Counted from the stretch's first letter, positions 1 to 10,122 are shown. The stretch is DNA of 61,573 nucleotides from Candidatus Methylomirabilota bacterium (GCA_035649755.1 DASRIY010000377.1:1-61573), one strand, 5' to 3'. Made by a program: numbers and translations. Notes: generated from the sequence alone by a model not told the origin.

Positions 1-212
1 AGCGACGACTCGAGCAGTGCGCGCGCGCCCCAGGTGCCGGCCATGAGGGTCGCGCCGACGACGAGACCAACGCGCGCGATCCGCCAGACGAACAGGCCGA
101 TCTGCTTGCGCGTGCCCGGCCGCACGTCCGGGCGGCGGAAGCGCCGATCGGCCGGCGCCGCGACGCCTGATGCCGCCGGCGGCAAACCGCGACGCGCGGA
201 GGCGCGGCTCAT
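1..212 (-). CDS. Cell-division protein FtsQ/DivIB-like, N-terminal fragment (gene runs off the window)
   Basis: ATG at 212 overlaps the murC stop (ATGA at 209-212). Translation is MSRASARRGLPPAASG...RKQIGLFVWRIARVGLVVGATLMAG: a basic cytoplasmic tail followed by one TM helix, typical of the FtsQ N-terminus, in the expected dcw position. Not listed in the ORF track because it is truncated. Confidence 0.4.
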   Translation of the reverse strand, partial: MSRASARRGLPPAASGVAAPADRRFRRPDVRPGTRKQIGLFVWRIARVGLVVGATLMAGTWGARALLESS

Positions 213-1591
213 TTCCGCACCTCCTCGGCGCCGAGCGCCCGAAGAATCCGCTCGGGCAACGTGCCGATCGAGCCCGCGCCCAGCGTGACGACCACGTCGC
301 CCGGCCGCGAGAGCCGCCCAATGGCGGAAGCGGCCTGGTCGAAGTCGGCGACGACGTGCAGGCTCTTCACGTCGCGCCGCAACGCCGCGGCGAGCGTGTC
401 GAGAGTAACGCCGGGAATCGGCGGCTCCCCGGCGGCGTAGATGTCGAGCAGCACGACCTCGTCGGCGAGCGCCAGCGCCGGGCCGAACTCGTCGAGCAGG
501 TCACGCGTGCGGCTGAACCGGTGCGGTTGAAACACGGCGACGATCCGCGAGGGCCGGCCGTCGCGCGCCGCGTTGAGCACGGCGGCGATCTCGGTCGGAT
601 GGTGGCCGTAGTCGTCGACCACCGTCACGCCGCCGGCGCTCCCGAGAACCTGGAACCGGCGCTGGACGCCCGAGAACCCGGCCAGAGCCTTCTGGATGGC
701 GGCGAACGGAATTTCGAGGTCGAGCCCCACGCCCACCACCGCCAGCGCGTTGAGCACGTTGTGGCGACCGGGAATCCGGAGCGTCAGCTCGCCCAGCAGG
801 CTCAGACGGTGGAAGACCTCGAAGCGGCTCGTCATGCCCGTCAGGCGCACGCGCCGCGCCACGAGATCGGCGCCCGACTCGAGCCCGTACGTGACGATGC
901 GCTTCTCGATACGCGGGATCAGCCGCTGGATGTTCGGCTCGTCCAGGCAGAGCACGGCCGACCCGTAGAAGGGCACCCGGTTCACGAACGCAACGAACGC
1001 GTCGCGGATGGCGTCGAGGTTTCCGTAGTGATCGAGGTGCTCGGCGTCGATCGTCGTCACCACCGCGATGGTCGGCGCCAGCTTCAGGAACGAGCCGTCC
1101 GACTCGTCGGCCTCGGCGACCAGGAACTCGCCCTGGCCGAGCCGGGCGTTCGAGCCGAGGCTCGTCACCCGCCCGCCCACGACGATCGTCGGGTCGTAAC
1201 GACCCTCGGCGAGCACGGCGCCGACCATCGAGGTCGTCGTCGTCTTGCCGTGAGTGCCGGCGATCGCGATGCCGTACTTGAGCCGCATCAGCTCGGCCAG
1301 CATCTCGGCGCGCGGAATCGCCGGGATCTGCTGCTGGCGGGCGGCCTGGACCTCGACGTTCTCGCGCGAGACGGCCGACGAGTAGACCACGACGTGGGCG
1401 CCCTCGACGTTCGTCGCCGCGTGACCGATGAAGACCTTTGCGCCGAGCTCGGCCAGCCGCTCGACGGCGTCGTTCCGCTTCTGGTCGGAGCCGGTCACGC
1501 GATAGCCGAGGTTCAGGAGGATCTCGGCGATCCCGGACATGCCGCTGCCGCCGATCCCGACGAAGTGGATCTGCTGGTAGCGCTTAAACAT
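209..1591 (-). CDS. murC: UDP-N-acetylmuramate--L-alanine ligase
   Basis: N-terminus MFKRYQQIHFVGIGGSGMSGIAEILLNLGY and the Mur-ligase P-loop GTHGKTTTTSM; dcw cluster context. Confidence 0.95.
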   Translation of the reverse strand: MFKRYQQIHFVGIGGSGMSGIAEILLNLGYRVTGSDQKRNDAVERLAELGAKVFIGHAATNVEGAHVVVYSSAVSRENVEVQAARQQQIPAIPRAEMLAELMRLKYGIAIAGTHGKTTTTSMVGAVLAEGRYDPTIVVGGRVTSLGSNARLGQGEFLVAEADESDGSFLKLAPTIAVVTTIDAEHLDHYGNLDAIRDAFVAFVNRVPFYGSAVLCLDEPNIQRLIPRIEKRIVTYGLESGADLVARRVRLTGMTSRFEVFHRLSLLGELTLRIPGRHNVLNALAVVGVGLDLEIPFAAIQKALAGFSGVQRRFQVLGSAGGVTVVDDYGHHPTEIAAVLNAARDGRPSRIVAVFQPHRFSRTRDLLDEFGPALALADEVVLLDIYAAGEPPIPGVTLDTLAAALRRDVKSLHVVADFDQAASAIGRLSRPGDVVVTLGAGSIGTLPERILRALGAEEVRK

Positions 1592-2681
1592 GGGCGTGCT
1601 GGGAGATGTTCAGGAGCACTCCCGTCGAGAGCATCGTGACCAGCAAGGCCGAGCCGCCGAACGACAGGAAGGGCAAGGGCAGCCCCTTCGTCGGCAGGAG
1701 GCCCGTCACCACACCGAGGTTCATCACGACCTGGGTCGCGATCAGCACGGTGATCCCGAGCGCCAGGTAGCCGCCGAAGGCATCGGGCGCCCTGAGCCCG
1801 ATCCGGAGCCCGCGCCAGATCAGCACGACGAATAGCGCGATGATGGCCATGGCGCCCACGAAGCCCAGCTCCTCGCCGAAGATGGCGAAGATGAAGTCGG
1901 TGTGCGACTCCGGCAGGTAGAAGAGCTTCTGGCGCGAGGCGCCGATGCCCTGGCCGAAGAGCCCGCCGTTGCCGAGCGCCAGCCACGACTGGATGATCTG
2001 GAAGCCGCTGCCACGCGGGTCCGACCAGGGGTCGATGAACGCCACGATGCGCCGCAGCCGATAGGGCGCGGCCCAGATGGCAATCACGAGGGGCGGCAGC
2101 GCCGCGGCCAGGATGAAGCCCAGGTGGCGCGCGCGGCCGCCAGCCAGGAACAGGAGCGCGAACGTCAGCGTGATCAGCGTCAGGCAGTTGCCGAGGTCCG
2201 GCTGCGCGAGGACCAGCGCGGCCAGCAGGCCGGCGATTGCGAGCGGCGGCAAAAGGCCGCGGCGCAGGTCCGCGATCTCCTCGCCCTTCTTCGCGAGGAA
2301 GGCGGCCAGATAGAGCACGAGCGCGAGCTTCGCGAGCTCGGCGGGCTGGAACGACACGGGGCCCAGCCGGATCCAGCGGCGCGTGCCGTTGATCGCCTGG
2401 CCGAGCGGCGAGACCAGCACGAGCACCAGCAGGACGCCTGCGAAGATCAAGAGCGGGACCACGAACCCTTCCAGCCGGCGATAGTCGAGCCGGATCGCCA
2501 TCCACATGCAGCCGGCGCCCAGCAGCGCCCAGAAGACCTGCTTCTTGAGGAAGAAGTAGGGATCGTGAAAGCGATCGGTCGCGACGATCGCGCTGGCGGA
2601 GTAGACCATCACCACCCCCGCCGAGAGGAGCACGATCGCGACGCCGAACAGCCACACATCGGGCGCGAGCTTTCTGGGCAT
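1584..2681 (-). CDS. ftsW: Lipid II flippase / peptidoglycan glycosyltransferase of the SEDS family (FtsW)
   Basis: Polytopic membrane protein with SEDS signatures (FQPAELAKL, LPESHTDFIFA, PTKGLPLPFLSFGGSA). Its last 8 nt overlap the murC start. Confidence 0.9.
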   Translation of the reverse strand: MPRKLAPDVWLFGVAIVLLSAGVVMVYSASAIVATDRFHDPYFFLKKQVFWALLGAGCMWMAIRLDYRRLEGFVVPLLIFAGVLLVLVLVSPLGQAINGTRRWIRLGPVSFQPAELAKLALVLYLAAFLAKKGEEIADLRRGLLPPLAIAGLLAALVLAQPDLGNCLTLITLTFALLFLAGGRARHLGFILAAALPPLVIAIWAAPYRLRRIVAFIDPWSDPRGSGFQIIQSWLALGNGGLFGQGIGASRQKLFYLPESHTDFIFAIFGEELGFVGAMAIIALFVVLIWRGLRIGLRAPDAFGGYLALGITVLIATQVVMNLGVVTGLLPTKGLPLPFLSFGGSALLVTMLSTGVLLNISQHAHV

Positions 2682-4088
2682 TTAGTCGAGGCGCTCCACG
2701 AGTTTCTTGAAGACTTCCCCGCGGTGCTCGAAGTTGTCGAACATGTCGAAGGAGGCGCACGCCGGCGACAGCAGCACGACGTCGCCCGGCAGGGCGAGCG
2801 CGCGCGCCCGGTCGACGGCCTCCTGGAGCGTCCGGCACTGCGTCGCCGGAATCGTCGCGGCGGCGAGCGCGGCGCCGATCTTCGGCGCGTCCTCGCCGAT
2901 GAGGAGCGCGTGGGCCACGCGCCCGCGCGCGGCGTCGGCCAGGGGCTTCCATGCCTGGCCCTTGCCCTTGCCGCCCGCGATGAGCACGATCCGCTCCGAG
3001 AAGCTCTCGAGCGCCCGCAAGGTCGACGCCACGTTGGTGCCCTTCGAGTCGTTGTAGTACGGCACGCCCTTGACCTCGCGGACCCACTCGATCCGGTGCG
3101 CGACGCCCCGGAAGCGCGCGATGGCCGCGCGGATGGTCGCCGGCGCGAGGCCGGTCCAGAGCGCGCACGCCGTCGCGGCCAGGACGTTCTCGACGTTGTG
3201 CTGGCCGCGCAGGAAGATCTCCGACAGGGGACAGATCTCCTCCACGTGGCCGTTGAGCCGCGCGACGATCCAGCCCCCGCGCACGAAGACGCCGTGAGAC
3301 AGCTCGCGCTGCCGGCTGAACCACACGACCGGCGCCTGTGCCCGCGGGCCGAGGGCGCGAGTGGCCTCGTCGTCGGCGTTCAGCACGGCGCAGTCGGATG
3401 GCCCCTGGTTCGCAAAGATGCGGGCCTTCGCGTCGACGTAGGCGGCGAACGTTCCGTGCCGGTCGAGATGATCGGGCGTGATGTTGAGCACCACGGCGAC
3501 GCGCGGCTGGAAGGTCTCGGCGGCCTCGAGCTGGAAGCTCGACACCTCGCAGACGACGAGCCCGTCCGCCGGGAACGACAAGGCGTTCACGCAGAGCGGC
3601 GTCCCGATGTTGCCGGCGACCAGCACCGGTCGCGGCTGCTGCGCCAGCACGGCGCCGATCAGCGCGGTGGTGGTCGTCTTGCCGTTGGTCCCGGTGATCG
3701 CGGTCGTGTCCGCCTCCATCGCCCGCCAGCCGAGCTCGAGCTCGCCGATGATCGGCACCCGGCGCGCGCGAGCCGGCGCGAGCTGGGCGCCGTCGAGCGG
3801 CACACCCGGGCTCACCACGACCAGGTCGGCGCCGGCGAAGGCCGAGGCCACATCGTCGCCGCCGCCGATCAGACGCACACCCAGGTCGGCGAGGCCGGTC
3901 GCCTCGCGGCCGAGCCCGGCGACGGGCTTGGCGTCGAGCCCGGTGACGTCGGCGCCCGCGGTGCGCAAGAGCCGCGCCGCCGCGACCCCGCTCTTGGCGA
4001 GCCCGACCACGGTGACGCGCCGGCCGGCGAGCGAATTCAGATAGGCCTGGCCCCGGGTCACCGTCTCCACCTCCTCGAGCGAGCTCAT
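2682..4088 (-). CDS. murD: UDP-N-acetylmuramoylalanine--D-glutamate ligase
   Basis: Rossmann-like N-terminus VTVVGLAKSGVAAARLL and Mur-ligase P-loop GTNGKTTTTALIG; its stop directly abuts the ftsW ATG. Confidence 0.95.
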   Translation of the reverse strand: MSSLEEVETVTRGQAYLNSLAGRRVTVVGLAKSGVAAARLLRTAGADVTGLDAKPVAGLGREATGLADLGVRLIGGGDDVASAFAGADLVVVSPGVPLDGAQLAPARARRVPIIGELELGWRAMEADTTAITGTNGKTTTTALIGAVLAQQPRPVLVAGNIGTPLCVNALSFPADGLVVCEVSSFQLEAAETFQPRVAVVLNITPDHLDRHGTFAAYVDAKARIFANQGPSDCAVLNADDEATRALGPRAQAPVVWFSRQRELSHGVFVRGGWIVARLNGHVEEICPLSEIFLRGQHNVENVLAATACALWTGLAPATIRAAIARFRGVAHRIEWVREVKGVPYYNDSKGTNVASTLRALESFSERIVLIAGGKGKGQAWKPLADAARGRVAHALLIGEDAPKIGAALAAATIPATQCRTLQEAVDRARALALPGDVVLLSPACASFDMFDNFEHRGEVFKKLVERLD

Positions 4089-4095
4089 GCGCGCC

Positions 4096-5175
4096 TCATC
4101 GGAGCTTGAGGGTCGTGAGCGCCAGAAGGGCGAGGGCGAACGACACGATCCAGAAGCGGACGACGATCTTCGGCTCGGACCAGCCCGAGAGCTCGTAGTG
4201 ATGGTGTAACGGCGCCATCCTGAACACCCGGCGCCCGGTGAGCTTGAAGCTCGCGACCTGGATGATCACCGAGAGGGCCTCGACCACGTAGAGACCGCCG
4301 ATCAGCGGCAGCAGCAACTCGGCCTTCGTGAGCACCGCCAGCGTGCCGATCGCCCCGCCGAGGGCCAGCGAGCCCGCGTCGCCCATGAAGATCTCGGCCG
4401 GATGGCAGTTGAACCATAGAAACCCGATCGCCGCGCCGATCAGCGCCCCGCAGAAAACCGTCAGCTCGCCCGCGCCCCGCACGTTGAGGATCTTGAGATA
4501 GTCGGCGGCGCGGAAGTTGCCCGTGAGGTACGCGATCACCCCGAACGCGGCGCCCGCCATGATGACCGGACCGATCGCCAGCCCGTCGAGCCCGTCGGTC
4601 AGGTTCACCGCGTTCGAGGCCCCGACGATGACCAGCAGCGCGAACGGAATCCAGAGCCAGCCCAGGTTGAAGAGCCAGCCCTTGAAGAAGGGGATCGCCA
4701 GTACCGGGAGCCAGGCGCTGGGCGGCTGCCAGTAGACGAGCTGGAGCACGGCGAGGGCCACCACCACCTGCGCCCCGAACTTCACGCGGCTCGGAAGCCC
4801 CTTGCGGGTGCGCAGCTTGGTCATGTCGTCCCAGACGCCGATGAGCCCGAAGCCGGCGGTCGCCAGGATCACCACCCACACGTAGCGGTTCGAGAGATTC
4901 GCCCAGAGGAGCGTCGTGGCGAGGATGGCCATCAGGATGACGATCCCGCCCATCGTGGGCGTGCCCTTCTTGGTGCGATGCCGCTCGGGCGTGTCCTCGC
5001 GGATCGTCTCGCCGCCGTGTTGGGCCACCCGCAGGCGCCGGATCAGCCAGGGGCCGACCAGCAGCGAGATGATGAACGCCGAGATCAGCGCCATGAAGGA
5101 CCGGAACGTCAGGTAGCGAAAGACGTTGAAGATGATGTGGTCCTTCGCCAGCGGGACGAGGAGGTAATAGAGCAT
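4096..5175 (-). CDS. mraY: Phospho-N-acetylmuramoyl-pentapeptide transferase
   Basis: MLYYLLVPL... N-terminus, NAVNLTDGLDGLA motif and 10-TM profile typical of MraY. Confidence 0.95.
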   Translation of the reverse strand: MLYYLLVPLAKDHIIFNVFRYLTFRSFMALISAFIISLLVGPWLIRRLRVAQHGGETIREDTPERHRTKKGTPTMGGIVILMAILATTLLWANLSNRYVWVVILATAGFGLIGVWDDMTKLRTRKGLPSRVKFGAQVVVALAVLQLVYWQPPSAWLPVLAIPFFKGWLFNLGWLWIPFALLVIVGASNAVNLTDGLDGLAIGPVIMAGAAFGVIAYLTGNFRAADYLKILNVRGAGELTVFCGALIGAAIGFLWFNCHPAEIFMGDAGSLALGGAIGTLAVLTKAELLLPLIGGLYVVEALSVIIQVASFKLTGRRVFRMAPLHHHYELSGWSEPKIVVRFWIVSFALALLALTTLKLR

Positions 5176-5184
5176 CCGCCTCCC

Positions 5185-6576
5185 TCATCGGGCCAGGCGC
5201 GCCACCAGCGCGTCCACGACCCGCTCCATGCGCATGCCCCGCGAGCCCTTCACCAGCACGACGTCTCCGGGGGCCAATCCCTTGAGCAGGTGGGCTACGG
5301 TGTCCTCGAACGTGGTGGAATGGTGGGACGCCGTCATGCCCGCGGCGCGGGCGGCGTCGACCGCCAGCCGGGCCAGCCGCCCCACGCCGACGAACTCGTC
5401 GGCGCCGGCCGCCACCACCGCCCGGCCCATCTCCTGGTGCGCCCCCTCGGCGATCCCGCCGAGCTCCAACATATCTCCCAGGACTACCACGAGACGGCCC
5501 GACCGTGCTGCGGCCCGCCTGGCCGCCGCCGTCTCGAGCGCGGACCGGACCGACACGGGGTTGGCGTTGTACGTGTCGTCGAGAACCCGCACGCCGCCGG
5601 CGTCCCGCCAGATGCAGCGCCCCGCGACCGGCCGCGCCTCGGCGAGACCGCGGGCGATCTCGTCGAGCGACCACCCCAGGACCACGCCCACGCTCGCGGC
5701 AGCGAGGCCGTTCGTCACATTGTGACGCCCGGCGAAGGCCAGCTTCACCGGTACGCGCGTGCCGCCGCTCTCGATCGTGAAGGCGAGCGAGTCGCCGTCC
5801 TCCACGATGTCGCCGATCGCGCGCACGTCGGCGCCGGCCGCGCGGCCGTACGTGATGACGGGCGCCCGGCTGTCGCGCGCCATGCCCACCACGCGCGGAT
5901 CGTCGGCGTTGAGCACCGCGCGGCCGTCCGGCGCGAGGGCGCGCACCAGCGACGCCTTCTCGGCGCGCACGCCGTCGAGCGAGCCGAGGAACTCGGTGTG
6001 CGCGTGCGCGACCGTCGTGACGACTGCGATGGTGGGCCGCGCGAGCGCGGCCAGCGAGGCGATCTCGCCCGGATGCGAGCTGCCGAGCTCGAGAACGATC
6101 GCCTGGTGTTCGGGCGTGAGACGCAGGAGCGTCAGCGGAAGCCCCCACTGGTTATTGAAGCTGCCGCCGGGCTTCAGCACGTTCCAGCGCACGCCCAGCA
6201 CGCCTGCGATGAGCTCTTTGGTCGTGGTCTTACCATTGGAGCCGGTCACCGCGACGACCGGAATGGAGAACCGCGCGCGGTGGAACGCCGCCAGCATGCC
6301 GAGGGCCCGCGTGGTGTCCTCGACGAGGACGAGCGGTACGTTGGCCGGCACGTCGTCGTGGAGCGTGTCCACCACCAGGCACGCGGCGCCGCGCGACGCG
6401 GCCTCGGCGAGGAACGCGTGGCCGTCGAGCCGGTTACCGCGGATAGCGAAGAAGGCCTCGCCGACGCCGAGCGAGCGAGAGTCGACCGACACCCCGCTGA
6501 TGGGAACGCCGAGGTCGCCGGCGACCAGGGCGCCCTGGCTCGCGCGAACGATGTCCTGCACGGTGAATGGCGGCAC
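5185..6576 (-). CDS. murF: UDP-MurNAc-tripeptide--D-Ala-D-Ala ligase
   Basis: GSNGKTTTKELI P-loop and MurF-like N-terminus FTVQDIVRASQGAL. Start placed at GTG 6576, which has AGGAG 5 nt upstream. The longer track ORF (to 6960) is Arg-rich junk overlapping murE. Confidence 0.9.
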   Translation of the reverse strand: MPPFTVQDIVRASQGALVAGDLGVPISGVSVDSRSLGVGEAFFAIRGNRLDGHAFLAEAASRGAACLVVDTLHDDVPANVPLVLVEDTTRALGMLAAFHRARFSIPVVAVTGSNGKTTTKELIAGVLGVRWNVLKPGGSFNNQWGLPLTLLRLTPEHQAIVLELGSSHPGEIASLAALARPTIAVVTTVAHAHTEFLGSLDGVRAEKASLVRALAPDGRAVLNADDPRVVGMARDSRAPVITYGRAAGADVRAIGDIVEDGDSLAFTIESGGTRVPVKLAFAGRHNVTNGLAAASVGVVLGWSLDEIARGLAEARPVAGRCIWRDAGGVRVLDDTYNANPVSVRSALETAAARRAAARSGRLVVVLGDMLELGGIAEGAHQEMGRAVVAAGADEFVGVGRLARLAVDAARAAGMTASHHSTTFEDTVAHLLKGLAPGDVVLVKGSRGMRMERVVDALVARLAR

Positions 6577-6584
6577 GTGCGCTC

Positions 6585-8081
6585 CTAGCTCCTGGCCCTC
6601 GACAAGATCTCTCGCGCGACCTCGCGGTCGTCGAACGGCAGCACCTCGGCGCCGACGATCTGATAGGTCTCGTGACCCTTCCCGGCGATGACGACCGTGT
6701 CGCCGGCCTCGGCCCACCCGAGCGCCCCGCGGATCGCCGCGCCCCGGTCGGCCTCGGCCACGTAGCGGCTCGCCGCCGCGCCGGTCCGGCGGATGCCGGC
6801 CACCACCTCGTCGATGATCGCCTCCGGGCGCTCGGAGCGCGGATTGTCGGAGGTCACCCACACGCGGTCGCCGAGCCGCGCGGCGATCTCGCCCATGATC
6901 GGCCGCTTGGTCCGGTCGCGATCGCCGCCGCAGCCGAAGACGACGCCGAGCCGGCCGCACGTGAGCTTGCGCGCGGTCGTCAGGACTCGCTCGAGGGCAT
7001 CGGGCGTGTGCGCGTAGTCGACGACCACCAGGAACGGCTGGCCGGTCCGCACCTGCTCGAAGCGGCCCGGCACCGTGCCGACCGCCGCGAGAGCCTCGGC
7101 GATGGCGGGCGGCTCGAGTCCCAGCGCGAGCCCGGTCGCCACGGCCCCGAGCAGGTTCATCACGTTGTGCTCACCGATGAGCGGCGACGTGAGCCCCACG
7201 CGCCCGCGCGGCGTCTCGACCGTCATCCGGATCCCGTCGATCGACGAGACGTGCTCGACGGCCCGCACCCGCGCCGCCGGCCCGAGGCCGAAGGGCAGGA
7301 CGGCCACGTCGAGCCCTTGCGCCATGGTCGCGCCGGCTGGATCGTCGGCGTTCACGACCGCTGTGCGAACGGGCTTGGGCGATTCGGCCAGGAGCTCGAA
7401 CAGCCGGCGCTTGGCGAGCCGGTAGTTCTCGAGCGTGCGGTGAAAGTCGAGGTGATCCTGCGTGAGGTTCGTGAACACCGCCACGTCGAACGCGAGGCCG
7501 TCGGCGCGGGCCAGCGAGAGCGCGTGCGACGAGACTTCCATGGCGACCCCGCGCACGCCGCCGTCGCGCATCTGCGCGAGCATCGACTGGAGATCCAGGG
7601 CCTCGGGCGTCGTCTGGCTGGCCGGCCGCGTCTCGTTGCCGAGCACGTACTGGATGGTGCCGATCACGCCGGTGGCGAGGCCTCGCGCGCGCAGCAGGGC
7701 CTCGACCAGATAGGACGTCGTCGTCTTGCCGTTGGTGCCGGTGATGCCGACGAGCGTGAGCTGGCGTGAGGGGTGGGCGTAGAACGCGCCCGCGAGCCGC
7801 GCGAGCGACACGCGGACCGACGGCACCAGCACCTGGGCCACCGACAGCCCGGCGACCGGCTCGCCCTCTGTCACGACGACCGTCGCGCCCCGCCGCACCG
7901 CTTCAGGGATGAAGCGCCGCCCATCCTGCTTGAATCCGGGGACCGCGACGAAACAGCCGCCCGGCTCGACACGGCGCGAGTCGCCGGAGATGGACGAGAC
8001 GGATCGCGGCAGGTCGCCGAGAACTCGCTTCTCGGGAAGCGCCGCGAGCAATTCGCTCATGGCCGTGCCCTGCCCTGCCAT
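6585..8081 (-). CDS. murE: UDP-MurNAc-L-Ala-D-Glu--2,6-diaminopimelate ligase
   Basis: GTNGKTTTSYLV P-loop and a DNPRSE motif near the C-terminus (meso-DAP-type MurE signature). Start is ambiguous: ATG 8081 (GAGGTG upstream, 1 nt after the ftsI stop) or ATG 8060. Confidence 0.9.
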   Translation of the reverse strand: MAGQGTAMSELLAALPEKRVLGDLPRSVSSISGDSRRVEPGGCFVAVPGFKQDGRRFIPEAVRRGATVVVTEGEPVAGLSVAQVLVPSVRVSLARLAGAFYAHPSRQLTLVGITGTNGKTTTSYLVEALLRARGLATGVIGTIQYVLGNETRPASQTTPEALDLQSMLAQMRDGGVRGVAMEVSSHALSLARADGLAFDVAVFTNLTQDHLDFHRTLENYRLAKRRLFELLAESPKPVRTAVVNADDPAGATMAQGLDVAVLPFGLGPAARVRAVEHVSSIDGIRMTVETPRGRVGLTSPLIGEHNVMNLLGAVATGLALGLEPPAIAEALAAVGTVPGRFEQVRTGQPFLVVVDYAHTPDALERVLTTARKLTCGRLGVVFGCGGDRDRTKRPIMGEIAARLGDRVWVTSDNPRSERPEAIIDEVVAGIRRTGAAASRYVAEADRGAAIRGALGWAEAGDTVVIAGKGHETYQIVGAEVLPFDDREVAREILSRARS

Positions 8082-8082
8082 C

Positions 8083-10122
8083 TCACCGCTCACCTCGATT
8101 ACACGATGCCTCGGCGCGGGCGCTCTCGCCATGCCGATCGGCGCGTCGGGCCTCGCACGGCGAGCCGGCCCCGGCCAGCGGCGCCAAAGTCAGGTGGGCG
8201 ACGGCGCCCGGCTCGACGGGCTCCCCGGCCGCCGGACTCTGCCGGACGATGCGTCCCTGCCCCGCCAGCCGGACCTCGACCCCGAGAGGCTCGAGGGCTC
8301 CGAGCGCCTGGCGCAACGTCTTGCCGTTGAGGTCCGGCATGCGCTTCGTGCCGTCGGCATCCGCCGGCTCCGCCGCCGTGCTCACCAGCCTCACGCGGGC
8401 GGCGACCATCTCGGGACCGGTCACGAACTGCAAGGGCTGGGCGTCGCGCGGCGCCACCTCGAGATAGCGCAGGATCTCGCGCCCGATCGCATTGAAGACG
8501 GGCGCGGCCGCCTCGCTGCCCCATTTTTCGTTCTTGGGCTCGTCGAGCATGACGAGCATGGTGAAGCGGGGATCATCGGCCGGCGCGAAGCCCACGAACG
8601 ACAGCACGCCCGGCGCGCGCGAGTAGCGTCCGGTCGCCGGATCGAGCTTCTGCGCCGTGCCGGTCTTGCCTCCCACCGCGTATCCAGGGATCGCCGCGAA
8701 GTGCCCGGTGCCCGACTCCACGACCCGCACCAACAGGCCCGTGAGAGTCCGCGCGGTCTCCGGCGAGATGACCTGGCGCACGGCCCGGGGCTCGAACCGG
8801 CGCGCCTCGCGCCCATCCGGGGCGATCGTGGAGCGCACCAGACGGGGCTGCATCAGCGTGCCGTCGTTGGCGATGGCGCCGAAGGCCGCGACGAGCTGGA
8901 GCGCCGTGACCGAGATCTCCTGGCCGATCGACATCGTCGGCAGCGACAGGAGCGACCAGCGCTGCGGATCGCGCAGCAACCCGCGGCTCTCGCCGGCCAG
9001 CCCCACGCCGGTCGTCGTCCCGAAGCCGAAGGCCTTCATGTAGCGGTGATAGCGCTCGCGGCCGAGCGAGAGCCCCACCTTGATCGAGCCGACGTTCGAC
9101 GAGTTCTGGAGCACCTCGGCGAACGTGAGCCAGCCGTACTTTTTCCAGTCGTGGATCGTCGCGCCGGCGAGGGTGATCGCGCCGTTCTCGCCGTAGATAC
9201 GGTCGTCGGGCTTGACGACGCCTTCCTCGAGCGCCGCGGCCGCCATGATCGCCTTGAAGGTCGAGCCGGGCTCGAAGGGATCGGTCACGGCGCGGTTACG
9301 CCAGTAGTCGGAGGACGGCACGTCGAGGAACGTGTTCGGGTTGAACGTCGGGCGGATCGCCATCGCGAGGATGTCGCCCGTGCGCGGCTCGAGCACGACT
9401 GCCATCGCGGCCTTGGCGTGGGTCCGCCGGTAGGCGGCGTCGATCTCGCGCTCGGCGATGTACTGGATCGCGCTGTCGATCGTCAGCGCCACGCCGTGCC
9501 CGGGCTTGGGCACCTGGAGCAAGTGCGGGGCGGCCACCTCGCGGCCGAGCGCGTCCCGTCCGGCGATCGCCTTGCCGGGCACCCCGGCCAGCTCCGTGTT
9601 GAACGCCCGCTCGACGCCTTCGAGACCACCCTCGGCGCCCTCGAAGCCGACGACGTGCGCGGCCAGCTCGCGGTTCGGATAGAGCCGGAGGGACTCCGGC
9701 AGGAAGCCGAGCCCGGGCTCGCGAAGGGCCCTCACCTGGTCCGCCATCGTGGGCGGGAGCTTGCGGCGCAGCCACACGAAGGGCCGGGCGCTCGTCAAGG
9801 CGGCGTGCACCTCCCGCTCGGGCTGGCCGAGGATGGGCGCCAGGCGGGCGGCGACGCGCACCGGATCGCCGACGCTCCTGGGCTGGACGAACAGCGACTC
9901 GGTCGCGGTCGAGGTGGCGAGCGGGGCGCCGCGGCGATCGAGGATGGGTCCGCGCAGGGCCGGAAGCACGACCGTGCGGGAGTACTGGCGCTCGGCGAGC
10001 GCCGTCAGCTCTCCGTGCTTCACGATCATCAGCCAGCCAAGCCGAGCCGTGAGGCCGCCGAACGCGAGGGCGAGGACCGCCGCCAGCAGCAGCACCCGCG
10101 TGCGGACGGCCGCGTCCCTCAC
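8083..10122 (-). CDS. ftsI: Division-specific class B penicillin-binding protein (FtsI/PBP3-like) with a C-terminal PASTA domain
   Basis: TM anchor (VLLLAAVLALAFGGL), dimerisation domain, transpeptidase motifs STFK, SSN and KTGT, then a PASTA-like tail (MPDLNGKTLRQALGALEPLGVEVRLAGQGRIVRQSP). GTG start at 10122 overlaps the ftsL stop (GTGA). Confidence 0.9.
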   Translation of the reverse strand: MRDAAVRTRVLLLAAVLALAFGGLTARLGWLMIVKHGELTALAERQYSRTVVLPALRGPILDRRGAPLATSTATESLFVQPRSVGDPVRVAARLAPILGQPEREVHAALTSARPFVWLRRKLPPTMADQVRALREPGLGFLPESLRLYPNRELAAHVVGFEGAEGGLEGVERAFNTELAGVPGKAIAGRDALGREVAAPHLLQVPKPGHGVALTIDSAIQYIAEREIDAAYRRTHAKAAMAVVLEPRTGDILAMAIRPTFNPNTFLDVPSSDYWRNRAVTDPFEPGSTFKAIMAAAALEEGVVKPDDRIYGENGAITLAGATIHDWKKYGWLTFAEVLQNSSNVGSIKVGLSLGRERYHRYMKAFGFGTTTGVGLAGESRGLLRDPQRWSLLSLPTMSIGQEISVTALQLVAAFGAIANDGTLMQPRLVRSTIAPDGREARRFEPRAVRQVISPETARTLTGLLVRVVESGTGHFAAIPGYAVGGKTGTAQKLDPATGRYSRAPGVLSFVGFAPADDPRFTMLVMLDEPKNEKWGSEAAAPVFNAIGREILRYLEVAPRDAQPLQFVTGPEMVAARVRLVSTAAEPADADGTKRMPDLNGKTLRQALGALEPLGVEVRLAGQGRIVRQSPAAGEPVEPGAVAHLTLAPLAGAGSPCEARRADRHGESARAEASCNRGER

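Noticed and set aside
170-1639. 489-aa plus-strand ORF antisense to murC. Similar very long ORFs: 1513-3324(-), 1902-4109(+), 4085-6148(-), 4978-6588(+), 7909-10221(+), 19091-21037(+), 36192-38687(-), 40009-41967(-), 49113-50765(+).
   Set aside because: They are Arg/Ala/Gly/Pro-rich with no family motifs. Each overlaps, in another frame or on the other strand, a gene with unmistakable conserved motifs. Open antisense frames of this kind are expected in ~70% GC DNA.
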